Of a DNA stretch of 64,000 nucleotides, positions 1 through 12,280 are shown piece by piece. The notes below the pieces were generated by a model, which worked only from the letters and a program-made list of their open reading frames with translations, had not been told where the DNA came from and made no database searches. Within the stretch, counting starts at the first letter, position 1; each line of letters opens with the position of its first letter. A program made the translations under genes and the position numbers. Source of the stretch: Octopus sinensis (Eukaryota); the NCBI RefSeq assembly GCF_006345805.1, contig NC_043003.1, forward strand, positions 112,158,001 through 112,222,000, in the 5' to 3' direction.

Positions 1-818
1 ATGCGTTTTTACCGCTTGGTTCGTTTTCAATGCCACTACATCCCGTCCGATTCGCTCCAAAATTTACACGGGCATGTAGAATGAGGTGACGATGCGCGTG
101 GGCTACCTTAGAAATCCCTATCTTAAAATGTGTGGTTGCTAGGGGCCATCTTCCTCACTCACCCTATTTCCTCCTTTCCCTCTCTTACTCCTCTTCATAA
201 CTTTCAGAAGTCCACTACGGTTATTTAAAGTATCTGTCACTATCGCTATTTCCTTTCTTTTTCACTGACTCTGTTTCCTACCTTCCTATCACTTCGGCGA
301 CGTTCTTTTAAGTATATATCTGTCACCAACAATCAACACACGAGCATGAGAACAAATATTATGAATCAGATATTCTTGCGTTCATTTATATATGTGTGTG
401 TGTGTGTGTGTTCTATATATATATATGTATATATAATGTATGTGTGTGTGTGTGTTCTATATATAAATATGTATATATAATGTATGTGTGCGTGTGTGTG
501 TTCTATATATAAATATGTATATATAATGTATGTGTGTGTGTGTGTGTGTGTGTTCTATATATAAATATGTATACATAATGTATGTGTGTGTGTGTGTGTG
601 TTCTATATATAAATATGTATATATAATGTGTGTGTGTGTTCTATATATAAATATGTATATATAATGTATATATACAAAGTGTATATATCTGTATTTATGT
701 ATATTAAACTTTTTCATACATTTTCATAGTTATATATATTTTTAAACAAATTATAAATATAATTTCATAATTTTTATTTTCAATTTAAATAATTTAAAGT
801 TTTCAATTTTATATTTTA
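1..818 (+). mobile_element. Non-autonomous Helitron copy A, 5' portion (starts just upstream of the window)
   Basis: 1-~175 is near-identical to 3203-~3375, the 5' end of Helitron B. ~320-700 matches the 3' subterminal region of Helitron B at ~7170-7310 (acaaatattatgaatcagatatt... tatatgtgtgtg...ctatatataaatatgtatatataat). No coding remnant. Confidence 0.75.
380..665. repeat. Minisatellite, ~45-55 bp unit (tatgtg(tg)n ttctatatataaatatgtatatataatg), about 6-7 copies
   Basis: The unit is visibly repeated in tandem. A single copy of the unit occurs in Helitron B at ~7245-7285. Confidence 0.85.
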
Positions 819-1834
819 CTAGCAGTATCGCCCGGCGTTGTTCGGGTTTGTAAGGGAAATAACTATATAAGCAATTTTAGTGAGTTATAGCAAAAAAATA
901 GCAAAAAATGCATTCAAGATGGAATAAAAAATGATAGTAATTGCTTTTTTAAATCTTTGACTCATCGTAGACATTTTTAGAGAGTTACTTCCCTTATATA
1001 ATAGCGAAAAATGCATTAAAATGGAATAAAAAAATGATGGTAATTTTTTTTTAATCGGTGACTCATCGTAGACATTTTTAGAGAGTTACTTCCCTTATAT
1101 AATAGCGAAAAATGCATTAAAATGGAATAAAAAATGATGGTAAATTTTCTTTAAATCGTAGACTCATCGTAGACGCCCGCTAATACCCAGAAGGGCTCGA
1201 TATGAATCACGACTATAAGATACCCGGTTTTGGTTACACTGCACCGCAAAATGTGGGAGTAGTTAGGAATCTAAATCGTAGGGGTCAGACACACAACCTT
1301 ACTTTTATATATAAAGATTTGTGCAACAACTAAAACATTCGGTTGTGCAAATTGTTTGCACGGGAAACCTACCCTCTGTAGCGGTTTTTGCCGTTTTTGT
1401 GGATCTGTTTCAGCTTTTTAGCGATTTCTGTTTTGGCGACTTCAAGCCATGAAGTCGTTGTTCTAAAAGAACGCTTGTCTCCTTGACAACGCTTTACGAC
1501 GTTGATTTCCTTACACTCCCTTCCCCACAGCTTCACGAGGGAGGGAAGAAGGGGGAGAAGCAACACAGGTGGAGGCGTGAGCGTGGACGCCAACTCCGCC
1601 GCCATCGACACACGAAAAAATATGCATTAAAATGGAATAAAAAATGATGTTAAATTATTTTTAAAATCGTAGACTCATCGTAGACGCGCGCTAATACCCA
1701 GACGGGCTTGATATGAATCACGACTATAAGATACCCGAATTTGGTTAAACTGCACCGCAAAATTTGGGAGTAGTTAGGAATCTAAATCGAAGGGGACAGA
1801 CACTCACACAACTGCAGTTTTATATTTATAGAGA
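819..1834 (-). mobile_element. Minus-strand non-autonomous Helitron of a second family, composite with two 5' termini
   Basis: On the minus strand the 3' end is a GC hairpin (plus cccggcgttgttcggg, 831-846) followed by CTAG (819-822) and a host T. There are two 5' termini, A|TCTTTATATATAAAA at 1317 and A|TCTCTATAAATATAAAA at 1834. 1610-1834 is a close copy of ~1105-1317. This fits the canonical Helitron A|TC...CTRR|T rule. Confidence 0.8.
900..1175. repeat. ~102-bp tandem repeat (~2.7 copies) internal to the minus-strand Helitron
   Basis: Unit starts agc(a/g)aaaaatgcatt at ~900, 1003 and 1104, with the shared core gactcatcgtagac...gagagttacttcccttatataat. Confidence 0.85.
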
Positions 1835-1849
1835 TATATTCTGTATGTT

Positions 1850-2220
1850 ATATTTTCTTTTTTAAGTTTTTGTTTTTGTTTTTCACTGTTTGATTTGCCT
1901 ATTAGTGGTTTTATCTCTAATTTAATTTATACAGATATATATCTCATTTGTATACATTTGTATATATAATGCGTGCACACAAACACACACATATATATAT
2001 ATATATACACACATATATATATGTGTGCATTACATAGTCGGTCGATTCACCTGAAAATATGCACACCTATGTTAAAGGTGCTGACAAGTTTGCATCACAA
2101 CTATTTTGTTCCTCAAATGAAAGGCGTCACCTCTAGGACAAAATTCCTCATCTTATAAAATGTGGCCCCAGTACACCAGAATGAAATCGGGTTATATTAA
2201 CCAAAATGTGAAAAGGGGTA
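1850..2220 (+). mobile_element. Helitron A internal module, homologous to Helitron B 3650-3800
   Basis: cctattagtggtt..atctct.atttaattt.tacag at ~1900 matches ~3684. atgtggccccagta.acc.gaatgaaatcgggtt...caaaatgtgaaaagggg at ~2160 matches ~3742. Confidence 0.65.
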
Positions 2221-2295
2221 TAAATGGGGCTAGAAGGGGATTAAAATTTCAAAGAGCGGGTGTTTAGGAATTCTCTGTTGCATCAAGCTAAAAAA

Positions 2296-2560
2296 TTTGC
2301 GCCAGCCTTTTAATCGTCAATGTGTTGCCGTCCATGATAAAGAAGTTTTGAATGCTTGCCATGGTGAGTCTACTGTCGTGAGAAAGAATCACTTCAAAAC
2401 TTGGTGTTTACGAATTTTCTTTTACATCAAGTTCAAAATTTTACGCCAGCCGTTAAACTGTCACTACGTTACTGTCCTTCGTTAACAAATGCCAGCCATG
2501 GTGACTCTACTATCCTCAGATTCTATCCCTTCAAACTTTGGTTTCCAATATTTTATTATT
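2296..2560. repeat. Diverged ~145-bp direct duplication
   Basis: cgccagcc.tt.aa..gtca and gcca..catggtga.tctact recur at ~2300/2445 and ~2357/2490. Confidence 0.55.
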
Positions 2561-2838
2561 TTTATTCAGCTCGCAAGTTCGTCTGTCCCTTTTGAATGTT
2601 AGCGTTTTGCTGTCTGCCTTGAAGCAGACCTTTCCATTGCCACTGCCTCATATTTCTGATTGATCTTTCTAAATATTTTATTTCTCAACTTACTCAAGAT
2701 CTTCTGTTGTTTATAAATGGGAGAGAGATAGATAAAGATAGAGAGTAAGAGAAAGCGAGGGAGAGTCAGAGAGAAAAGAAAAGTAAGAGAGTGTGAAAGT
2801 GAGAGAGAAAGGAGAGAGAAACAAATACGGAGAATCAT

Positions 2839-3140
2839 CATCATCATCATCGTTTAACGTCCGTTTTCCGTGCTAGCACGGCTTGGGCAGTGTGACCGGG
2901 GTCTCGGAAGCCAGGAGGCTGCACCAGGCTCCAGTCTGATCTGGCAGTGTTTCTACAGGTGGATGACCTTCCTAACGCCAACCACACTGTGAGTGTAGTG
3001 AGTGCTCTTTTCGTGCCGCCGGCACGATCGGTTGGTGCTTTTTACGTGCCACCAGCACAGAAGCAAGTCAAGGCGGTGCTGCAATCGGCCACGTTCGGAT
3101 GGTGCTTTTTACGTGCTGAAAGGAAGCAACAGAAAGTAAC
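2839..3140 (-). mobile_element. Interspersed SINE/LINE-3'-end-like repeat with a (GAT)n tail
   Basis: A GC-rich block begins right after (CAT)n on the plus strand, i.e. it ends ...gacgttaaac(GAT)n on the minus strand. It has an internal duplication of ggtgctttttacgtgc. I recognise it as a common octopus repeat, from memory only. Confidence 0.55.
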
Positions 3141-3141
3141 A

Positions 3142-3184
3142 CCCACACTCTTACCCGCGCTAAGAGCGGGTCATCTTCAGCTAG
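3142..3184 (+). mobile_element. Helitron 3' terminus (hairpin + CTAG), probably the end of copy A
   Basis: acccgcgctaagagcgggt hairpin (3153-3171), 9-nt spacer, CTAG at 3181-3184. It is nearly identical to the terminus at 7363-7404. Confidence 0.85.
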
Positions 3185-6100
3185 TCTATATATAAAATTG
3201 AAATGCGTTTTTACCGCTTGGTTCGCTTTCAATGCCACTACATCCCGTCCGATTCGCTCCAAAATTTACAGGGACATGTAGAATGAGGTGACGATGCGCG
3301 TGGCCTACCTTAGAAATCCCTATCTTAAAAGGTGTGGTTGCTAGGGGCCATCTTCCTACCTCACCCTATTTCCTCCAGTACTCTGTCACTCCTCTTCATT
3401 TGACGATGCAACTACCGTTATTTAATGTAAAGTCTTCCTCAAATCACTCTGTCGCTATTTACTCTCTTCCAAGAACATTTTCACTCACTCTATCTCTTAC
3501 CTTCCTATACATTTTACTCATGTATCTATCAGCGTTCATGGACAGTAACAAATATTACATCGCCATCCCCATCTCCATCGCATTCTATTGTCTACCTGTC
3601 AACACACACACACACACACACACATATATACATACATCTAATATTATAGTTTTATGTTTTAGTTTTTTTACTGTTTCATTTCCCTATTAGTGGTTTGATC
3701 TCTGATTTAATTTCTACAGCGTGCACACACACACACACCTATATGTGGCCCCAGTAGACCCGAATGAAATCGGGTTCTCTTCATCAAAATGTGAAAAGGG
3801 GTCTAGAATTATCATCGCCACAACTTATGTTTTTCCTAATGATAATTATCATCGCCACCACCAACATACAATCATGACAATCTTTCTCTTAAAACAAATC
3901 ATGTTTACATTGCAAAATATTTCATTTTCCCGTCCTCTCTTTCATATATGTGACCCAGGTTTGGGTGGCCGCACAACTACAATTAGACAACGGCTAAAAA
4001 CATTCGATGTTGATAATGCCTGGATCGTTCCATTCAACTCTTTGCTTTCCAAAACATTTAATGCACACATTAATGTTGAGTACTGCAGTTCGGTGAGATG
4101 CATACAATACCTCTGCAAGTACATTAATAAGGGCGATGATATGGCCGTGTTTGTGTTCAGTGATGAAGACCTTAGACATGACGAAATTAAACAATTCGTT
4201 TTCGGTAGGAATGTATCCTCCAATTATGCAGCGTGGCGCATTTTTGGATACGAGATTCACCTAAGCTCACCATCAGTTTTCCACCTGAATGTTCATTTAC
4301 AGAAGAGACAGCTGGTTTACTTCACAGAGAAAAATGCACGTCAAGTCATTGAAAATCCAAAAGGGACTACGCTTACAGCATTTTTGATTGTGTTCAGTTG
4401 ATGAGTTTGCTGCTACTCTCATTTACCCTGAAGTACCGGAATATTACACATACAACAATAATAATTGGAAGCGCAGGTCACATGGAACAGAACTTGACAA
4501 TTGGCCCGGTGTTTCTAGGAAGAACGTCATTGGACGTGTGTATAATATTCATCCTACCAAACAGGAAATCTCTTTGAGAATGCTACTTCATGTAGTTACT
4601 GGACGAAAGTCTTTTGTTGATCTTCGCACGGATGATGGTATCATCTGCGCCACTTACAGGGAAGCATGTTTGAGGTGCGGACTTCTTCTCAATGACGACC
4701 ACTTACACAGGACATTAGCAGAGGCCTCAAATTGTAAACTGCCATGGCAAATGCGTCGATTGTTTTGTAGCATATTAATCCACTGTAATCCCAGCAACCC
4801 TTTTAACCTTTGGGAATCGTTCAGACAGAGCCTATCAAAGGACATACAGGCTAATTTAGCGCTACGTGATGGCAACGACGATGTTTATAATGAGGCATTA
4901 ATCGACATGGACAGACACATCAGACGCTATGTTATACGCGGTTTAAGTGAATTCCATCTGCCAACACCTGTCCATCATGAAGCGCCTTTGGATGTTGAAT
5001 ACATGTCAGAAAAAAACTACAACATTGCCGAATTGACGGAAACAAGTACGCGAGATGAACCAAGACTTTTGCCTGAACAAAAACAGATTTATAATGAAAT
5101 TATTGACAGCGTAAGATTGAACCAAGGAAAGCTTTTCTTTTTGAATGCTCCAGGTGGTACTGGTAAAACTTTCGTTATCAATTTGATTCTCGCAAAGCTG
5201 CGCGCTGAACGTCGAATTGCCATTGCATGTGCCTCAAGTGGTATTGCAGCGACACTGCTTCAAGGCGGCCGTACGGCACATAGTGCATTCAAATTGCCCA
5301 TGGACATTGGAAAGAAAGATAATCCTATATGTAATATAGATCGTAGTTCCTCAAGAGCAAGACTTCTTCGTGAATGCAGTCTTTTTATTTGGGATGAGGC
5401 TACAATGAGTAATAAGGCCATGTTTGAGGCTCTTGACAGGACTCTCCAAGATTTGCGTCACAATACAAAAATAATGGGTGGAGCTACGTTTCTCATGGCA
5501 GGAGATTTTCGACAAACTCTTCCTGTTGTCCGAGCAGGCACTAGAGCCGATGAGGTTAATGCATATATAAAGCATTCTTATGTGTGGCACAGTGTTATCA
5601 GTCGCCATCTTCAAACAAACATGAGAGTCCACCTACATGGTGATGTGGAGTCTGAGGCTTTCGCAAAACACCTATTAGATCTTCGTGATGGAGTTTTGCC
5701 TTTCGTTGATGATGAGCATATTCGGTTGCCTTTTGGGAATTTCGTTCCAAATGTAGAAGAACTTATAAGAGCCGTTTTACCTGACGTCGAAACCAACTTC
5801 CAGGATCTCGATTGGCTAAGAGCAAGAGTTATTCTATCGCCTCATAATACAACAGCTCATGCTACAAATAAACAAGTACTTGATATGAATCCTGGTGAGA
5901 TAGTTTCTTTCATGTCCATCGATACAAATAAAGATGAGAATGATGCAGCCAAATATCCACCCGCGCTACTCAACAAGCTAACACCTCCGGGACTTCCACC
6001 TCATCATTTGTGTTTGAAAGTTGGTGCTCCAATCATGGTGCTCAGAAATATGGAAACGCCTGAAATATGCAATGGTTATTATGCGAATGGTTATTAGTAG

Positions 6101-7313
6101 GATTCAAAGCCATGTTATAACTGCTGAAATTTTGAGCGGACCATTTGTAGGAACAATCAAAATGCTACATAAAATGAGTATTTCACCCTCTGATGTTCCC
6201 ATTCAGTTTAAACGCTTTCAATTTCCGATAAAACTATGCTTCGCGATGACAATCAACAGGTCACAGGGACAATCACTGGACATTGTAGGCATTAACCTGT
6301 CACAACCGGTTTTCAGTCATGGTCAATTGTACGTAGCCTGTTCTCGAGTTGGAAATCCACATAAACTCTTCATTCTTGGCAATCATGAGCGCACAAGGAA
6401 CGTGGTTTATCAGGAGGCTCTGACAAAAGAAAACTGATTGTAAGTCATGAAATTTTGCTTGATTTTTTATTCTGCACCTCTTCATTATCTCTTCATTCTT
6501 GAAAATAAAGACATTAAAAAGAACATGGTTCATAAAGAACGTTGGGTTCAGATGTTTGCAAACATTTGATCCAACTCATTCTCTTTATTCCTCATTTTCC
6601 GATTCCTTCTACGTCTCCATTAAACGGTTTTGTCAAGTTATTGTTTCTTCGCTAACATAAGACATTCATAAAGTGAATGAGTTGTTAATTACATTTTATA
6701 CACTATTCCATTGTTTAGGTGGTGTCGAAAGGACTGGCATGTGTCACCATATAAACTCTCTCAGTCAAACTCCCAACTCATGAGTTCACATCGTGATACT
6801 CTTTCTACAAAACTGAGCTGGGTGTGAATTCTAATTTCATTCACTATTACAGATGTTTTAATTTTTGAAACAAATACATTGCCTCTTTCGTTTTAAAACA
6901 ATAAAACAATACTACCTCAATACATTGGTCCAACAAACAAAACATCCAACACTCTCATTCTTTTATGTATCTGTCTTCCTCCATCACTCACTCACTTTTC
7001 TCCATTCCTTTCACATTCTATCTATAACGTCGTTTCACAGCGTCTACCTACCTTACATTCACTTTCTCTTTATAACGTCGTTTCACAGCGTCCGTTATCC
7101 CCCCTCCGTGCCTTCCACAGCGCTTTCACACACTCTCACTCTCAACGTCTGTCTGCATTCATAGAGAGAATTATCATCGCCACAACAGACACTCAATCAT
7201 GACAACAAATATTATGAATCAGATATTTATTGGGTTAATTTATATATGTGTGTGTGTGTATCTATATATAAATATGTATATATAATAATTTTTATATATA
7301 CAAAGTGCATATA

Positions 7314-7365
<52 letters not shown>

Positions 7366-7404
7366 ACACTCTTACCGCGCGTAGAGCGGGTCACCTTCAG
7401 CTAG
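3185..7404 (+). mobile_element. Helitron copy B, 4220 bp, with both termini
   Basis: The 5' end is TCTATATATAAAA at 3185. The 3' end is the accgcgcgtagagcgggt hairpin plus CTAG at 7401-7404, followed by a host T. It encloses RepHel coding remnants. Confidence 0.9.
3943..6437 (+). pseudogene. Helitron RepHel transposase remnant: C-terminal part of the Rep region plus a complete PIF1-family SF1B helicase, with 2 frameshifts and the HUH catalytic region absent
   Basis: Three consecutive ORFs (3721-4401, 4388-6097, 6021-6437). Helitron-typical DNAWIVPFNSLLSKTFNAHINVEYC. Helicase motifs: NAPGGTGKT (Walker A, 5147-5170), ASSGIAATLLQGGRTAHSAFKLP, IWDEATM, GDFRQTLPV, LKVGAPIMVLRN, FAMTINRSQGQSL, HGQLYVACSRV. 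Frameshifts lie at ~4385 (T-run) and ~6075 (4-bp tatt insertion). Confidence 0.92.
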
Positions 7405-7758
7405 TATATATATGTATATGTATGTATGTATGTATGTATGCATGTATGTATGTATGTATGTATGTATGTATGTATGTATGTATGAATCGGCCTTTGTGTT
7501 TGTGTGTGATTGTGTGAGTGTGTGTGTGAAACGAATAACAATAGTGAAAAGTCCAGTGGGTAATATAATAGCAGAATATGAAGTAAACTGCCGATTAATT
7601 GACACCTAAGACGTCCGAAATCTGAATACGAAAGCCTACGCAGTTATTTATGCTCAGCAATACTGACAAAGCAATTCACTACTGAGATCACTTTATACTA
7701 AACCAGCAAATATTATCATATATATACACGTATATGTATATATATAAACATATATATG

Positions 7759-7854
<96 letters not shown>

Positions 7855-7884
7855 TAATATATATATATATATTATATATATATA

Positions 7885-7929
<45 letters not shown>

Positions 7930-8183
7930 CATGTATACAATGGTGGTAGTATGAATAGTAATGTGGTGTATTCTGAAACTGGGCGTATATTCTCATTTTT
8001 ATATTCATCATTTTGAGAGATAACACCTGAAATATACAAAAGACATTCTACATATAATCCTATTTCATATTAATGAGGTAGATTTGTTTGTCTTCCATTT
8101 TAATCAAATTTTTGTATTTCTTACGATTACAAAGTAAAAGTGTATCCTTATATGGGCTCATATACATATACATATACACACAC

Positions 8184-8228
<45 letters not shown>

Positions 8229-8357
8229 TATACATATATATATATATATATACATATATACATATAAATAAATATATACATATATATATATACATATATA
8301 CATACGTAAAAAATCAACACACAAACACACACACACACACACCACACACAACACACA

Positions 8358-8415
<58 letters not shown>

Positions 8416-8592
8416 ATAAACCCAACTACATCCGTACAGATGCCTAAAATGACACATTCATCAGTATATACATATATGCATATATGTATGAATAAATTCA
8501 TTTACACACACATACAACTAACTATAATCACGTATTTGTTGTCTTGTCTTATACATATACAGTATAAATTTAGAATATATATTATATATACT

Positions 8593-8623
<31 letters not shown>

Positions 8624-8663
8624 CATACACATATCTATATACCTCACAGATACACACACACAG

Positions 8664-8729
<66 letters not shown>

Positions 8730-8730
8730 G
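7405..8730. repeat. Compound microsatellite region: (TATG)n, (TA)n, (CA)n interleaved with short unique stretches
   Basis: Directly visible. It generates the YIYI/CMYV ORFs in the track. Confidence 0.9.
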
Positions 8731-9047
8731 CGCGCAGACGCACGTTGTCTAATTACTAATGTTGTCTTAAGGGTAGGAGGGATTCTGTATTTGTTGTCTT
8801 GAAAGAGATTACATAGTGATAAGCTGAGTATTGGTATAAATGCAGCTGTTAGCATTCTCTTAGCGGATTATTTCTTGAAATTGGACACCTGAATCTTCTG
8901 AGATTTAAATCCTTCCCAAAACAATTAATTAACTGACACATGGTGATTTTTCTTCTGTTTGACGAAACATAAATAAGACTAGACTATTGGTTTACGTGCT
9001 CCCCTATATTTTCTTCCTCACACACACACACACACACACACAACACG

Positions 9048-9088
<41 letters not shown>

Positions 9089-9434
9089 GTAAGTATGTAT
9101 GTATATATGTATGCATACACCCACAAGCGTGTCCCACACGTAATATTTGTGTGTTTGTGTTTAATTCCTATAAGTGGATATGTATGGCTCTAATGTCTTG
9201 TACACTTTTATTCGTTTTCCAATTTCTTGGACTACAGATTTGTAGACATCGCTCGGGAACGTTTAGGCGATCGAATCGAATCTCGGTTCTAGATATTTCT
9301 TATTTGATGCATATTTCGTTGATATGTATTTGACTAACATGCACATCTGAGGAAGAACATCGTATTTGGACGAAAGATAGGAAGGAACATTTATCTTCTG
9401 GGGCTTGTTTACCAAATATTCCCACTCGAATATT

Positions 9435-9471
<37 letters not shown>

Positions 9472-10020
9472 ATATGTATGTACGTATGTACTTGTGTTTA
9501 TGAGTGTTTATGTATGTACTTAGACAAATATAGTTATGTAACATATCATACAACATAAATACTTGTTTTTCTTCACAATTAGCTACTTCACAATTAGCAA
9601 ATGGCAATGGAACCAGTTCCATATGAAGAGGGAAGTAAGTTGACATGCTATTAAGAAACACAAATATACACAAACACACACACGCGCACACACACGCACA
9701 CGTTCACATACAACACACGCACGCACCCACCACACAGACACACACACAACCACCTATATATAGATACTACGGGTGTCCATAGGCCAGGCGTAGGTTACCA
9801 ATGTGTTAAACTCTCATTGCCTTGCATATATATAATCTCACGTTACTCTAGTTTACTCAAGAAGAAATGAGTACCTATTGGCCATCTTCTTCGTGGTCAC
9901 GATCATCATCTGGGGCTACCTTTAAAATTATGAAATCCCGGTAAAAAAAGCTTGAGGTTGCCACTCATTTGCGAATGATGGGTAGGCAAGATGTCAGAGA
10001 TGTGTGTGAAAAGAATTAAG

Positions 10021-10395
10021 TATTCTTTTCTACTCTAGGGACAAGACCTGAAATTTTGGAGGAGAGGGTCAGACGACTGGATCGACTTCAGTACACAACT
10101 CTTACTTAATGTGTCGACCCCGAAAGGATAAAAGGCAAAGTCGAACTCGGAAGAATTTAAACATAGAATGTAAAGATAAACGAAATACCTATTTCTTTAC
10201 TACCCAGAAAGGGCTAAACACAGAGAGAGTAAACAAGGACAGAAAAACAGATTAAGTCGATTATATCGACCCCAGTGCGTAACTGGTACTTATTTAATCG
10301 ACCCCGAAAGGTTAAAAGGCAAAGTCGACCTCGGCGGAATTTGAACTCAGAACGTAACGGTAGACGAAATACCGCTAAGAATTTTGCCCGGAGTG
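10021..10395 (-). mobile_element. Two tandem tRNA-derived SINEs (family with core ttcaaattccgccgaggtcgactttgcctttcatcc.ttcggggtcga)
   Basis: Reverse complement of the family seen intact at 58013-58228. Two different 3' tails, at 10021-10070 and 10178-10225. Confidence 0.85.
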
Positions 10396-10544
10396 AAAAG
10401 ATTTAAATAATACCAGACAATGGATATAATTTAAAATAAGAACAATAATAAACAAATGTATAGTGCGTGTGTTTATTTGGCAAGAGCCAAAGGGCCATTC
10501 CGAAATATAACAATATATATGGATATATACACTTTCTTTTATTA

Positions 10545-10900
10545 TTTTATTCTTTTACTTTTTTCAGCAAGAGCACCGCTTTTAGGTCAATAAATCGACC
10601 ACAGGACCTATTCATTGTAAGCCTAGTACTTATTCTATAGGTAACGTTTGCCGAACCGCTAAGTAACGGGAATATAAGCACACCACTATCGGTTGTCAAG
10701 CGATGGTGGGGGATTAAACACGGACACACATACACACACAAATAATTACATATATATACATATATATATATACGACGGGCTTCTTCCAATTTCTGTATGC
10801 TAAATCCACTCACAAGGGTTTGGTCAACCTAAGGCTGTAGTAGAAAGCACTAGCCCAAGTTGCCACGCAATGGGACTGAACCCGGGACCCTGTGGTTGTA
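10545..10900 (-). mobile_element. tRNA/CORE-like SINE of a second family, with an internal (CA/TA) microsatellite
   Basis: The minus strand reads ...gggttcagtccc...cttgggctagtgctttctactacagcc...gaccaaacccttgtgagtggattt...agaagcccgtcgta. The same family occurs at 14470 and 28112. Confidence 0.75.
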
Positions 10901-12280
10901 CTAAGAAATGGAATGTTTAACTTTCAGGAACTTGACTTTTAACTTTTAATGTCTGACACGATAAAATTGTTACATACACTTAATAACACAGCAACTTAGG
11001 AAACCTTGTGTTATTAGAATTTCACCGCAGTTTTTATAACGTGCCACTTGCTCCTCATATTTATTAAATTTTGTGCAGTTGTCAGCATTACAAATTAGGT
11101 AAGCAGTTGTCAATTATTACATTTATCTCGAAACTTAGTACCATAATAATGAAATTCAATGAATATTAATCAAATTTAATCGTTTTAAATTAATTATTAG
11201 ATTAGATTTAGTTACACACTATAATATTGCAAAGTGATATCGTATGAATGAAAATGTATGCAGTTAAACGAAATTTCGGATTAATTTCTATAAATTTCAA
11301 CTAAATCTCTGCACTTGTCAAGTATTTCGTATATAATTTAGCGAATGCTTGTATTCTCATACGTTATGTTAAATAAAACATATATTTACAGGTAAATAGG
11401 AAGAGCTAGTAACCAGTAAGTCTCTTTGCTAGAGAGGAGAAAGAAATCAAAAAACACCAACCACAGGCCATGTAATGCTACATTTCCACTTATACATATG
11501 AAAGAAATTAGTTTATATTGTTTCGGGAAATATAGTTACATATTTCGTTACTCGTATTCGGAGATCGGCCACATGTGGCCAATTTTTCTTTTCCTTATTT
11601 TAATATTCTAGATAAAGAAGTATTATTTAAAATTAGTCTCAAAGAGAAATCATTCATCTTCCTACTTTCCTAGGTAAAATCTGAAAGTAACTTTAAAAGT
11701 AATGCATTTCTCTATAACGAACAATATTGGATAAACACGCACTCACAAAGCACAGTGAAGGAAATATATTTTACGTGCTCACGAAATTACAATCAAGGCT
11801 TATCATACGATACATAAATAGATAATTAAGACAAGCATAGCATTGCATTTCTTATTTCTTGGTAACCTGACATGTCATCAGCAGCCTGCATTTAAGGATA
11901 AGCGTATCACATAGCATTGCAAACCTTTTGCATCATTCTATTTTACTTGAGCATTTTATTCGTCATTCCATTAGCCCCCAAGATAATAATTATATTGAGT
12001 TAGTTAATGGATCCTCCATCCATGTTGATGACATTTCCAGCTGCTTTTGTTATCAGCCAGTCCATATACTGATTGAGTTGTTGCCTATGCAGGTGAACGA
12101 ACCACAGATGCACCTTTTTAGCTTAATACAGAAGCAAAATCAGTGCCGCTCAGTACGTGGTAAGGTCGGTTTTGAATTACAAAGCCATCAACCCTGCTGT
12201 CGTATAATCAGTTACAATTTATCCAAATTCACTGAAAACATTTGGCTCCAAACACAGTTAAAATAAAAGATAATAACTCA

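Noticed and set aside
4388-6437. Host PIF1 helicase gene
   Set aside because: It is intronless, preceded by Helitron-specific Rep-side motifs and enclosed by Helitron termini, so it is the transposon helicase.
9341-9410. Hammerhead candidate CTGAGGA…GAAA
   Set aside because: Stem III can be drawn, but stems I and II do not pair.
11845-11892. Minus-strand aggctgCTGATGA…GAAA resembling the 24945 hammerhead
   Set aside because: No stem II, stem III or stem I complement; a chance match.
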